Notes under the pieces: generated by a model | Seen by the model: only the letters and a program-made list of their open reading frames with translations | What the model was told of the DNA's origin: nothing | Databases searched by the model: none | Shown: positions 1-12,604 of the stretch, one piece after another | Layout of the letters: every line of letters starts with the position of its first letter | Position numbering within the stretch: position 1 is the first letter of the stretch | Assembly: GCA_003971905.1 (NCBI GenBank) | Contig: RSEE01000039.1 | Span: 558,001-620,520 of the forward strand | DNA length: 62,520 nt | Source of the DNA: Moniliella sp. 'wahieum' | Taxonomy: Eukaryota | Direction of reading: 5' to 3' | Made by a program: the position numbers and the translations under genes

Positions 1-287
1 GGTATACGCCCACGTCGGCCACCGGGTCCAGCTCGTCAAAACGAACTGGCACCTGTCTCGGTGGGAGGGACCTCTGCGACAGCGGCCAGTGCCTCGAGCG
101 CCTCCCGCTTCAGCTCCTCGACCCTCGTCGCGGGGCCGACGGGAAGGACGAGGGTGAGCTTGGCGTACTTGATCCGCAGGGGGAAACAGACGGCGCGGCG
201 CCCAGGGTTTCGGGCTGGGGTGGATGGATGGAGAAGGAGTCAGAAGAGGCTGTGCGTGCATGCGGGGCGGGGGGGGGCACTCACCAT
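1..287 (-). CDS. 5' part of a hypothetical protein (runs off the window); first exon is the ATG only
   Basis: ATG at 287-285 is followed directly by a GTGAGT donor, CTGAC branch and CAG acceptor (intron 284-215). Exon 2 reads ...FPLRIKYAKLTLVLPVGPATRVEELKREALEALAAVAE.... Divergent from the EMW1-like gene across ~325 bp. Confidence 0.6.
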
Positions 288-612
288 CGGGGCAGGCTTG
301 GACGCGGTCGGTTGGGGCCGGCAGGAGTGGCGGCGCTGCCCTGGATCATTAAACGACGCCAGTGCTCCGGTCGATATCAATGCGCGTCTAACCCTACTGC
401 CTCCCGATGGGATCTGCCCGGGTGGACATCGGGGCGTCGTGAACGCAGTTCCGCGCCCGGTTGCACCGACTTTTTTTTGGCGGCGAGCTTCGGCCGCACC
501 ACACTCGGCGAGCAACCAACCACACGCAGCAGCAGCCGCCGGACATAAGCGCCCGCTACACACCCGCTCGCCTCCACCACGTGCTGCTCGCTGCCGCTGG
601 GCTGGGCTGGGA

Positions 613-3526
613 ATGACGACGCTCGACACGCTGTGGCGCTCCGCCGCCGCGCTGCCTGCGCACCACACCGCCGCCATCCTCGGCGGACGCGGTGGAGGCG
701 CAGCTGCGCTCCCCGACCGCCGCCGCCCTCTTCCGCCCCTTTGCGCTCGCCCCCCCCGACGCCCAGCACCTGGACGCGCTCCAGCTCCCCCTTCCCTCGG
801 ACCCCGTCGAGACGCTCCAAGTCGCCTGTGCCAGCCTTCTTTCCTTTGTGCAGGCCAACTGGACCGGCCCCGAGCTCTCCTTTCGCGCCGCGGACCTCTT
901 GGCCGCCGCGGCCGAGCCCGCCGTTGATGCCACCGCCCTCCAAAACGGCGTCACCGACGCCCTCTCCCGCGGAGGCGAGCCTGCGTACCATCTTGCCACC
1001 GACTCCTTCTTCCTTACTTCTCCCTTCGTGTGTTGGACCAACTCGCCCCGACCGTCACTGGCGAATTGGCGATCTGGTTACCTGGTGGCGCTTGCGTGCT
1101 GCCAATGTCCTCAATCGCGTCTTGGACAGCGCAGTGTCTCTCCGGACGATCTGCAACGCGCGGTCACTGCCACCGCCACTTGGCTTCATGAGGCGGCGCA
1201 GGGCCCCGACCAGCGCTTCTGGAAGGATGTTGCTGCCCGTTTCAGCCTCGAGCAAGGGCTGCTGCTCCAACAGTTGGGTCTGACCCTGGATGCCGAGAGT
1301 AAATTCACTTCCTCGGCTCAACTGGACGGGCTGGTGTACCAGCTGACTGGTGCGCTGGGAAAGCGAACCAAGTGGCAAAAAGAGGCCAAGACGCAGCTCC
1401 TTCTCTTGGCTCGGTCCCGGGACGAGGCGGTGGAGGAAGAACAAGCTTGCCGCCCGGAGCAGACAGCTGTTTCCTCCACCCCCAAAGCCCAGCGGGACGA
1501 GGTTACTTCCGGATTCAAGGCGGCGCCGAGTGAGAGCCAGGACCCAAGCATGCCTTCCAACTACCACTTGAACGATGACACATTGCTGGAACAGACCCAG
1601 TTTACTTCGGTGCAGGACAGCTCGAACGAGCTCCCTGCGGCGTTGCGTGGGGTAGATCCCAATGCCCAGCCTCCGCTCACACCCTTTGATCAGGCTATTC
1701 TGCTCGCCCTCGCGCTCAACTTACAGGGTTCCTCAGCGGACGCCATGCTAACGGCCGAGCAGATGGGAGCGTATGTTGACCGCGTCCTGCTCCACCCGAT
1801 GAACTGGTCGGTATACACCATGGGCCTCCTCCTTCGCTCCCGCCCGAGGCCAATCGTACGCGTACTATCGAACGTAGCGTGCTCCAGCTTCAAGCGCTTC
1901 TGGACCAAATGGACACTGCCGACTCGACCGCTGCGGAGCGGCTGCGGCTCTTTTTCATGCTTGATCTCCCGCCACGCTGGGGCTGCAAGCCGAGCTGGCT
2001 CAACGCTACCTTTCCATTGGCTCCATCCGCTCTGCGCTCGAAATCTTCTCGACGCTAGAGATGTGGGAAGAGGTGGTACGGTGTCTCCAGCTGCTTTCGC
2101 GCCAACAGGAGGCCACCGAGTTGGTCCACGATCTGCTAGCGGGCAAGAAGGTGGAAGCAGAAGAGGTTCTAGGCCGCCGCCGGGTCGAGGCCCAAGCTCA
2201 CCCAGCCCCCCAGCTGGGTGCTGCACGCCTTGCCAAACTCTGGTGCTTGCTGGGCGACTTGGAGCCTGATCAGGCCGAGCAACATTACACCCAGGCCTGG
2301 TCCCTTTCCCACCACCGCTCTGCCCGCGCCGCCCGGTCCCTTGCGGGCGCAGCGTTCCAGCGCCATGATTTCCCCAGCGCCATCACCCGGTTCACCCGCG
2401 CCCTCGCCTCAACCCGCTTTACGCCAAGGCTTGGTTCGTCCTTGGGTGCGCGTACATGCGCCAAGAACAGTTTGGGATGCGGTGGCCTCCTTCCGTCGCT
2501 CCACTGCCTTGGACGAAGAAGATGCTGAGGCTTGGAACAATCTTGCGTCTTGTTACCTTCAGCTCGATGGTACTGCTGCAACCGCGTTGCTCGAGGGCAA
2601 GACTCAGGTCGATGCCCTCCCTGGCCGGCGGGAGGCACATGCCACCGAGGCGGAAGAGAGCGACGAGGAGGAACCCAGTACGCCTCTGCCCCAAGCAGGC
2701 AAGATGAAGAAGTTGGCCCACAAGGCCCTGTCGCACGCTCTCACCCACAAGCGCGACTCGTGGCGCGTCTGGACCAATTACTTGATTGTCAGCATTGACG
2801 TTGGCGATTTCTTCGAGGCTGCCCATGCGCTGGGACGGGTAGTTGAGATCCGTGCTGCCGGCGGCGGTGCCGATGGGCCGGACCCAACGATGACACGGCA
2901 CGTGGAGCGGACGAACGGGCAGCAAGGAGTTCGCTGCAACGGCTTGTTGGCGCGGGCCTGTGCGGGCCGGCAGACGGCTACCCACACGAAGCCAGGAGGG
3001 GCAGGCCGGGTCCAGGTAGCCAGGCCGCCGCGACGGCCGCGGCCAGTGCGGCGCAATGCGCGTACTTTGCCTCCGCTCGGTGTTTACCCTGTTTGACACG
3101 GTCCTGCTCCCGCGTGAGCGACAGCTGTCCCTATGGCAACTCTATGCGCGTCTGCTGCTGTTCCAAGGCGCGCACCGGCGGTGCATTGAGGCCCATATGC
3201 GTGCCGGCGCGCGTCCGCACCCGCAGCCGCCGCCGACGACAATGCGCTCACCCTCCCGCTTCTCGAGACGGGTCGGAACTGTTGACGGAACAACGGAGGG
3301 ATGGAGAACTTGGCCCTTCGTCCGGCCTTGGCCGCACCTACCATTGCGCTCGATAGCCCCGACTTGCCCTCCTCCGACCGAGCCCCGCTCGACCCGGCAC
3401 CAGCGATGAAGGACTGGAAGTTCAAGGCTCGCTCGCTCGTGCGCCCTTTGTTGCTCACGCGCGCGAGACTATGAGGGCACGGCCGAGTGGGACGCCTTGG
3501 TTTCCCTCCGCGACTCGCTCAAGTAG
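613..3526 (+). CDS. EMW1: TPR-repeat protein, EMW1/TTC27 family (split by assembly frameshifts)
   Basis: Motifs SFVQANWTGP, LTGALGKRTKWQ, LNDDTLLE, PMNWSVYTMGLLLRS, LWCLLGDLEP...YTQAWSLS...ARAARSL, AEAWNNLASCY, SWRVWTNYLIVSIDVG and DWKFKARS lie in order across ORFs 692-2269, 2061-2528 and 2218-3096. ATG at 613, TAG at 3524-3526. Confidence 0.85.
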
Positions 3527-3863
3527 AACCAGAAGCTCTGAGTGCATGGGCTGTTGTGGCGTGGCGTTGCCACATGGGATACGGTTCGACCCGTGGAAGG
3601 GCAGGAGGAGGATACAGTTGGCTGGCTGGGTGCAGGAACCGGAACAGGAACAGAAGGAAGGTAAGGTACATGTCATTAGCAGCAAGGGGCTGGACGAGGA
3701 AACGGAGGCGATCCGAGGCACTCGTTCCAGTCAAGTTAGGACCAATGACAGACACGATATGATCGTGACGACCCAGCTGATGGCCTACACCGGGGGGAGA
3801 CAAGGCGGCGTTAAACAGAGTACAAGGATGACAAGAGGTACAGAAACGGGAGGAAAGGGGTTA

Positions 3864-3911
3864 GGAGGGACAGGAGGGACAGGAGGGACAGGAGGGACAG
3901 GAGGGGCAGGA
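3864..3911. repeat. 9-bp tandem repeat (GGAGGGACA), about 5 units
   Basis: Read directly; lies between convergent gene ends. Confidence 0.9.
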
Positions 3912-4015
3912 AGGCAGAGGAGCCTATCTACCCCGTTGACCTCAAACTGGGGCAGGTGTGTACGTCGAGCGTCGCACTTGCCCACTGTGAGCGTCATTGG
4001 GCTCAGCTTCACACA

Positions 4016-7000
4016 TTACGTGCTTGACTCCCGTCCCCCGCCCATCCTCCACGTGCTTGGGCAGCAAAGGATCTGCTCAAAAAACCCAGTGGGTGCCCGC
4101 CCGATCCACGCTTGCGCCGCCGCGCTGGCAGCTGGTTTCCGTCCGCGCCTGGGACGTTCCACAGACCCCAAACAGCTGCCGCCGCCCCCCCATGCGCTGT
4201 CCCCATTCTCATCGCAGCTGGAGGCGGGGCATGGGCGGCCTCCATGAGCATACGCGCTGCGTCGGCGGTGGAGCGGGAGCGCTGGTGCGTCTGATCCCCC
4301 TGTGACGGCGGCGGCTAGAGGAGCTGCCGAGACAGAGGAAGGAGCAGGGGCAGCAAGGCGCTGGGTACACGGGCTTTCTTTGTTTCCGCTCGGCCACGGG
4401 AGTATCCGAGGGCCCTGGAGCACGCGGACGAGGGTAGGCTTGGTCGTTTGGGGCGACGAGTGCGCTTCTTCCTCTTCATCTCCTCCTCTTCCTCCCTTCC
4501 TCGCCGCCGGACCTAGACGAGCCTTCCTCGTCCCCGTGGTCGGGCGGGAGGGCAGCGTCGGGGGCAAGCCCATTTGTCGCAAGCTTTCGCTGTGCATCTG
4601 GACGTGGCGGTTGAGCGTGGTGCGACGTGTGAACTTTTCTTACATCCAGGGAAGGCACAGCAGTGCGGCCGCTTGCCCGAGTGGGTGCGTCGATGGCGTG
4701 CAAGCGAGGAAGAGTCGCCAAAACTTTTCCCACACCCAGCTACCAAGCACTTGTGCGGCCGCTCGCCCGTGTGGACACGCTTGTGCACCGTCAATGCCGA
4801 GCGCTGGATAAATGCCTTGTTGCACCCAGCATAGTCGCACACAAATGGCCGCTCGTTCGAGTGGATGCGGAGGTGCCGCGCCAGGTCCGAACGGCGCGAA
4901 AACTGTTTCTGGCACTCGGGGCACATATGAACCCGGTCCTGACTCGGTTTCGCACCGGGCCCCATCGCCCGCTCGTGCGAACGAACGGCGTCATCCCGTC
5001 CAGGACTCGAGAGCGAGCCGAGATGCGTAGGCGATCCCTTGCCCGAGCCATGAGATTTTGCGCCGGTGAGGTTGCCGCGGGCTCGACCGTGACCACAGGC
5101 GGGAGCGAAGCGGCATGCACCGTTTGGTGTTCCAACAGGTCTTTGCGCAGGCCAAAAGATTGCGCACAGGAGGTGCAGGGAAACACCTTGCCCCCCTTGC
5201 TCCGCGCCTTGCTGGGCTCCGCCTCCTGACCAGGGTTGCTGCCTGGTGTGGAGGATGTAGCAGAAGGTCGCTCATCTACCGAGTTGGACCGTGGTCGCTT
5301 GCGTGAGGTAGAGCTGCCATGTCGTACCCCGGTCGTCTGCCCCGGCCCCGCCCCATCGTACATCCCTGACGCGGGGAACCCATACCCATACTCGGGCATG
5401 TTGGGCGGCCCGTACATCGGCGGCCGCTGTTCGGATGGGCCCCAGGCGGCCGACGAGCCAGACGCGTCGGCCGATGGACCTGGCGGGAGCGAGGGACCAT
5501 ATACTGGCCCGCCTGCACTGTCCACCCCCAGCGACGAGAGATTGGTCGGCGGCCCGGCGGGTTTTTGCATTGGCGGATAAAACGGATAGGAGGGCAAGAA
5601 GGGGATCCCAGTGGTGGAAACGGGACCGGGGGTGGCCCCGCATTGTTCGTCGATCCTGGCGACTGAGCACTGGTGTGGGCCGAGACGCCAGACACTGGCG
5701 CCGGGACTGAGACTGCGGCGGACGGCAGGGCTGCGCCCGGGAGCGGAAGAGACAGAGAGGGCCCAAGCTGCGGGTCGAGGTCAGGGAGGGAGGGCTCGGG
5801 CGCTGGGCGCCGCATCTCGGCGGGGCTGGCGGAGCGCAACACAAGCGGCGGGTGGATAGCAGGCCAGGTGGGTGGGTCTCCGCCCAGGCGGTAGGACTGG
5901 GCGGGGGAGATGGAGGGGATGGAGTCCATCGAGCTGTTGGGCAGTTCCGCTTTTTCCGCGTCAGCGGCAGCGAAGGACCATAGAACATGGGTGGCATCCC
6001 CAGCGGGCCTAGCGGCACGTTCGGCCCAGTTGGCAGCGACCGGTCCACCGCCTCTTGCGCTTTTTGCTGCTGCGCTCGTTGCTCGGCACTGGCGGCCATG
6101 AGCATGGATATCGCATCACTCGCATTCACCGAGGAGCGGTAGCGGTGATGCTTGCCTGCTTTGCTGCTCGGCGTGTCGCTTGGCATTTCGCTCGGCGCGG
6201 GCATCGGGGTGGCTTCGGCGGGACTGAGAGGTGGGAACGATCGGTCGCCCGCTTCCGACTTGAGCGTGGTCAGTCCCACTCCTACTAGCCCATTGGAACC
6301 TGGCGCATGGGCGGTAGAACCATGAACGTCCGCCTCATCGTCGGCAGGGCGGGGGGTGGAAGGGGGAGCGGAAGACAGTAGCGGCAAAGTCATCCAGACG
6401 GGATGGCGAGTTGGGCACCTCGTCGCGGAAGAGGCCTTGGGAAAAGCAGGAGATGGCTACCAGCAAAGGGAAGGGGAGGGGAGGTTAGTGGCAGAGCGCA
6501 CAAGAGTGGAGCGGCGGCAAGAGTGGGCAGGTGAACGTACAGTCACCCCCTGGGTCCTCCGCGGGTCGCTCCCCATTGCGGTGGTCCGAGTCGGGGTCGG
6601 GATGGGGATCGAGATTGGGGTCGGGCTCTGGGCCGGAGGGGCGATTGTCGTGGCCACGATCTGGCTCGGTCTCGGCCGCCTCGCCACTAGTGCTGCTCCC
6701 TGTCCCGCTGGGCGTGGCCCCGGCCGAGTCTGCATTGGTAGGGGGTTCGCGCGCCAGCGCACTGATCCTCCGCGGGGAAGGCGCGCCGCCGCCCAAGAGG
6801 GCACTGGCATAAAGAGAAGGGGCAGTGAGGCCCGCACCGGCAGGGTTGAAGGGACTGCGGCGTGCGCGCGGAGAGAAGGTGGTGGGGGGCGACTGCCGGC
6901 GGCGGGGGGGGCTGCGGGGGTGGGTGGAGGAGGGCGAGCGCGCGGCGGCGCGGGCGGGGCTCAGGAGCGAGGCCGAGGGCAGCGGCGGCGGCAGCCCGGG

Positions 7001-7281
7001 GCGGGCGGGCGCGGGCGCGAGGGAGGGGGAGGAGGCGGGCGAGGCGCGCACGGAGCGGCGGCCCGAGGCGGGGCTCATCTGGTAGATGTGGCGGGGGGAC
7101 ATGGCGCGCATGCTGGCGACGGTGGGGCTGCTGCGCAGACGCACGCCGCCGCGGCCGCCGGCTGCCGCGGGGGGGGACGGTCGTGGGGGGGTCGGGGTCG
7201 GCGGCGGCGGCGGCGGGGCGCGCGGCGGCAGCAGACGAGGCGCGCGGGCGGGGGGCTGGGCTCCGCACGGGACATGGCCAT
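4016..7281 (-). CDS. C2H2 zinc-finger transcription factor (1+4 fingers) with a long Pro/Ser-rich N-terminus; frameshifted in the assembly, ends approximate
   Basis: [23 protein letters not shown] (~5185-5115), then [34 protein letters not shown]...[18 protein letters not shown]...[18 protein letters not shown] (4930-4590) with TGERP-type linkers. A canonical intron at 6540-6457 (GTACGT..CTAAC..TAG) links the upstream low-complexity exon. Confidence 0.85.
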
Positions 7282-9199
7282 GGCCGCGCGTGTGGAGGCG
7301 GCGGCAGAGACGCACACAACGCCGCCGGGCCGCGAGCAGCGCGAGCAGCACAGCACCACGCCCGCGCCCGGCGCCTCCCCGCTCTGCTCGCCCTTCAGGA
7401 GGAGCAGCAGCGCGCGTGTGCTGGCAGCGCGTGGCAGCACACGCGCTGACGTCACCCGCAGCGGCCCTGTCACACATACATCACACACACCGTGCCTTCT
7501 TCGGCTCGTCCAGTCCCCCTAGTCACTTGCCTGGTCACGAGCAGGGACTCGTGTCCGGCGTCCGGCCGGCATCCGCGCCCCCACATCCGCCTCAACCACC
7601 CGCCCGCCCCCGCCACGCCACACATCCTGGCCGTCGCTTCTGGCACAGGCTGTCCCCACGGACCGTCCTTCCGTCGACCAGCATGTTGTTTGCCCCCACC
7701 AGCAGTGGCGCCAGCACCGTCAGCGTCTCATGGATCCCCGTGCACGCCCGCCACGCATAGCCGCCGGGGTGTGTCTCCGTCCGTACCAACGTAGCCTTGG
7801 TCGTGTTGCTGAAAATCGGGAGCCAAATGTGTTCTACGTGCATGTCGCGCAACGGCGTGTACGCGCCACAACACTTGATTGTGACCAGTAGGGCTGGATG
7901 CATCGGGATACGTAAAGTCCAGCACAAACCGCTTGAGCAACAAGCCATCCGATCACAGTAAACTTCCCAAGCTAATGCCTCGTTGATGCTCACTTCGGCT
8001 GATGCACTGATGGTGCAACAGGACAAAGGAACGATCGGGAGTGGTAGTGGGGTGGGGTGCTGGTGCCCACGTATCCATCAATGGTAATGTAAAAGCAGCC
8101 GTTGCGGTCGGACAACAGGCAGCAATGAGGCGGCGGGTTTGCAGACTTAGATGACAAGAGCGAAATCCTGGAAGCCGGGGCGTTCTAATAGGTTGTCAAA
8201 GGAGCGATGGGCTGCAGGGATTCACGAGGCATAGCCGTGTAGTATCCTATCTGGGCCACCCCAGTCCCACCCAGTCGCCCTTATTGTTCCATATATAGGG
8301 GCCAAAAGGGTTGTGGCTGGAGCGAGGAGACAGCAAGCAAATAGTCAGGGTACAGACTCAAGCCATTGTCCGAGGTGAGGGGGAGGCTCGCGAAGGTCCG
8401 CATAAGTATGCAGCCAGCCGTGGACCCAGACAACGCCGGCCACTTTCGGGCCGGGCAGTGCAGAGGAAGACGGCGAGGAAAAGGGAGGCCGAGTGTGGTG
8501 CAGCACTAGCACCGGTCAGGGCGAGGGCAGGCAGTGAGGACAGACTGCGTGCGATACGCCGAGCCGTGCGGGGACGACGTTTGAGCACCACAGGCCCGAA
8601 ACGAGGAGGAGAAAGTTGGTGTGCGCGAGACGGCAGCGCCATGGTGGCGGGGGACGCGGTGGAAGGGGGGAGGAGCGTCTGAGGGGGCGACGGGCTGGCG
8701 CAATCAGGCATGGGTGGGTAGTGATGAAAGACTGATTGATTGTCCTGTGGCTGTAACCAGGGCGGATGCGACTGTGGCTGGTTGACTGGAAAAGCTTGAA
8801 CAAGCGTGCTGTGGCGCCGCGTGAGCACGAGGCGGTGAAGGAGGCGTGATGCCCCAGCTGGCGCAGCGCAGTGAGAGGCGCTGGGAGGCTGCAGGCACCG
8901 ACCGGTATCATGCATCAGTAGCTGCGCCTCAGTACTCGGTCCACGCCGTTGTCGGTACCCCGACACGCGTTTTTGCCGCCGGGGATCTATACAGTCACTC
9001 TCCGTTGGCCGTGTCTTGCCACTGGCTCTGCCTCCTGGGGGGCACCGCCCCAACCTTACTCCCCCTTGTGCAGTAGCCACTATGACGCCACTGCACCCGT
9101 CTTCGACCAAACTACGAATGCAGAGAATGTATAAAGAGAGTCCTGTTTCATATCCATGTCGCGGCCTGTTCCGTAGGAGAGAACGGGGGGGGAAGAACG

Positions 9200-12100
9200 C
9201 TACGCCAGCAGGTGCTGCTGGCGCCAGAAAGCAACCCAGCGGTGCACATCGTGCGCATCCACACAGGATGTGTGCGCCAGGGTGGGACTGACGCCGAGGG
9301 TACGCGTCGGGCTCAGGCACGGCAGACCCTCATCCACAATCCCCTGCAGGAACGGCTGGAGACGCGTGGCTGCGTACCGCTCCCCGTCCTTCTCGGTCGC
9401 CAGCTGGGCCACTTGCTTGAGCCACGTATGCGGTTCCTCCAGGGGCATCTGCAGCTCCCCACTCAGCGCCCGCATCACCTCCTCCATCTCGGCCCGCTGC
9501 GCGTTGGTCAGGTGCATCACCCCGCCCGCCCTGCGCCAGCGTCGCGTCAATCACCGTCCCCACTGCACGGTCTGGAAAAGAGAAATGCATGACGGTCAGT
9601 CACCACTCCCAAATAGAGTCCGTAGAAATGCGCAACGTACCCATCGGAAGCCAGTCCGCTTTGCCCTGGAGCAGCGGGAGCGCATGCAGCCGCTGGCTGG
9701 CCTGCGCCAAACACCGGGAACCACTCCGAAGTGTTCCAGGCTCCCAATCCGTGTGTCGCACCCGTCATCTGGCCAGCACGGAGGGTGGTGGTGCTCGCAC
9801 CGGCTTCCGCAGCCCGAGCAAGGATCATCTCGGCCACCGCTTTGGACCGTCCGTAGCCGCCCTGCGCAATGTGGAGCGGCAGTTGGGACTCGGGCACCTG
9901 CTTCAGCACCTCCGGCTCGGCCTCCAACACACGAGCCACGACGAGATAAAGGTGAGGTGGGCCCCACACTGCACGCCAAACGAGATCAGCGCATGAACCC
10001 AGCAATCTGCGCCTCAAACGACTGAACCGGAATGACAAAGTCCAGCTTCCATGCGCATGGACAATGTGCGTGGTGGTGGCCGCAATTTGAGCGAGCACAG
10101 CAGGAGGCACGCTGCCGCCAGCGCCTCGGCACTGGCCCAGTCCGCCTCGACCAGGTGCAGGCGTGGGGAACGCACCAGGCCGGGGTCCAGCCCCTGGGCC
10201 CGGAACGCGGAAGCCTGGCGATCGCTCAGTTTCGACCCGGCCCGCGCACGGTCAGTGCGTACACCCAGCCACATCGTCCCGCGCAAGCAGTTGCGACACC
10301 AAGTGACTGCCCATCGATCCCGTCTGCAACCGAACGTCGTTGTTAGTCTGGGACTACTACACATGGTAGAGAGAAGCAAGGAAAAGGGGGGAAATGACGT
10401 ACACCAGTAACGAGGAAAGTGTGTTTGGGACTGCGGCGCACAGGAGCCGGCCGCGGGAAGGCCGAGTACTTTTCGATCAGCTGTTCCATGATGCTCACCG
10501 GGTCAGGTGCAGCGCGGCTTTGCCCCCCGGGCCGCCTGGCACACAGCCGAAGGAGCGACGCCGGGGTCGGATGGTCGTACACCAACGTCGTCCGCAACGT
10601 CACCTTGGGTCCGACCGCGGCGGAAAGGTGCTGGTGCAGCTTGGTCGCGATGACGCTATCGGCACCGAGCGTCTGGAACAGGTCCTTGTCCGCCTCGGCT
10701 TTGGTCACAGCCTGCGGGAGGCAGTCGGAGAGCAGAGTGAGCACATACTCAAACGCGCTCTCCTCGGTCCACACTTGCGGTGGCGGCTGAGCGCCAGTAA
10801 CCAGGTTGCCGGCTTGGTACGCCGCTGCAATGTCCTCCTTGTACTGATCCAGCGTGGGCACCGTCCGCACCGATCCTTTGCCCGTGAGCAAAAATGGACG
10901 GTCGGACGAAGCAAACAGCACCATCTCCCGGCTCAGAGAACCATGCGAAGGGGTTTCCGCGTTGGCGATCTCAACCAGGGGCCACAGTGCGTCGCGGGCA
11001 CGCGCCAGGGACTCGGCAGATCCGTCAGGCACCAGGGCGAGTTGGCATGCAGCTCGATCAGTACACCCGGGGTGCGGCTTGGCGTGGCCAAACACGATGA
11101 TGATGCACCTCGGGCAAGGGAGGAGGGCAGTCAGGATCGGGGTCGGGTTCACCTTCTCGCCATTGCTCAGCCACCACTTGATCGTCAATCCGGCCAAGGA
11201 GGAGGAAGTGCACTTTGCCGTCGGGACTCATGCGCTCCAACTTTTCCGTCGAGATCAGGTCGGGCCCAATAGCTGGAAGCGAGGGAGAGGTGATCTTGTA
11301 CCGGTCCCCGGTCGAGTACGTCTTGCGGCCAGCGTGTTCACCATTGAAGAGCAAGGGCGAAAAGTAGGGCGTAGCGTACCACAGCATCTCCACCGCTCCA
11401 TCCGCATCGTCGGGGATGGGCCGCACAAAGGCATGCGCCAAGGACGTCTTGAGAGTCTCCTCGGCCTGCGAGGTAGGATGGGCAAGGGACGAGACGCACG
11501 AAACTTCCGTCGCACCGAAAAAGGACTGGGGATAAATGCCCACTTCGGCCAGCTTGCGGTGAGACTGGGGCGCGAGATGAGCACCACCGTACACGAGCAT
11601 AGGGATGCGCCGGAGGGGCGTGTGGAGGCTTGGGTCGAGAAGTGCTCGTATACGACTGGGGCCGCGATACCCATCCGAGCGCGCGTGGTGGTCAATGCGT
11701 GGGTCCAAGACCGCTCGTCAACCGGCGAGGGTGAGGCATCCACTGGTAAAACGCCAAAATCGCACCCGACGACGGCGCCATGTGGGCAATCTGCTGCGCC
11801 ATGGCATGGAAGGGGGGTAGGTTTCCCAAAAGATGACTTGCCCCGCGCACACGCCGCCGCTGAAAGAACTGCCAGTGTTGCAGCTGCCGTAAGGTGCGCT
11901 GGGTGTAAACTCGGATTCGGGGCCAGAGCCCGTGGTGCCACTCGAGTGAAGAATGGCAGCGGGACGGTTGGGCTCATAAGGGGCGGGCGAACTGATCGTG
12001 TCCAGCTCGGGCCCCAGAGAAGAACGTCATGGGAAGGCCAAGGAATGATGGAACGTCCCATCCACCGTCCCGTAGGAGCTTAACAACCTCGTTCATACGC

Positions 12101-12604
12101 GCATCCAGATCGACCTTGCCCGGGGGCCCGTGAGAATGAAGTGAGTATTGGACTCGCGGACCAGATGAGCGAGAGCGAGAGCCGAGTTGTTGGTGGCCAG
12201 GTGAAAGTCTACGAGACCAGCAAGTTCGGTGCCCAAGGCGAGGCAAAAGTAGTCCAGCGCATCGGCATGGGCGCAGAAGGCGACAACGGGAGTACGGCAT
12301 TGTCCTTTTTGATGTTCTGACCACGGAGTGGACTTGCGTGTGGGCACGGATGTACGCCGCGGCACGACGCAGGCAGGCCGCCCATTCTTGGTTGTTCAGG
12401 TCATAGTATCCTTTGTCCTGCTGACGACGGACAGCCGGAGCGAGGGCGCATGCAGCGCAAGCCAATCGTAGACATGGGCCGGCGCAAAGGGGGGCTCAAA
12501 CGGCGGGATGACCGCGGTGGCGCCCGAGGGGAGCGCAGCGGCAGGCGGCAGGTCATCCGCAGTCGCGGGGGGATGGCAGCAAGATCAAGAGTGCTGTGGG
12601 GCAT
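9200..12604 (-). CDS. NRPS-like adenylate-forming reductase (A-T-R; carboxylic-acid-reductase type)
   Basis: A-domain motifs ILHSSGTTG (~11955), SFFGATEV, YSTGD, LLGRIDD and LTGKGSVR. T domain DLFQTLGADSVIA. Reductase FLVTG/TGSMGSHLV and GGYGRSKAVAE...LRAGQMTG; C-terminus FWRQQHLLA*. Introns at 10402-10324 and 9640-9572; TATATA at ~12740. Confidence 0.85.

Noticed and set aside
7700..8300. Possible small minus-strand gene (LLLKRFVLDFTYPD...) below a TATA at ~8292
   Set aside because: No clear start or homology; cannot be supported.
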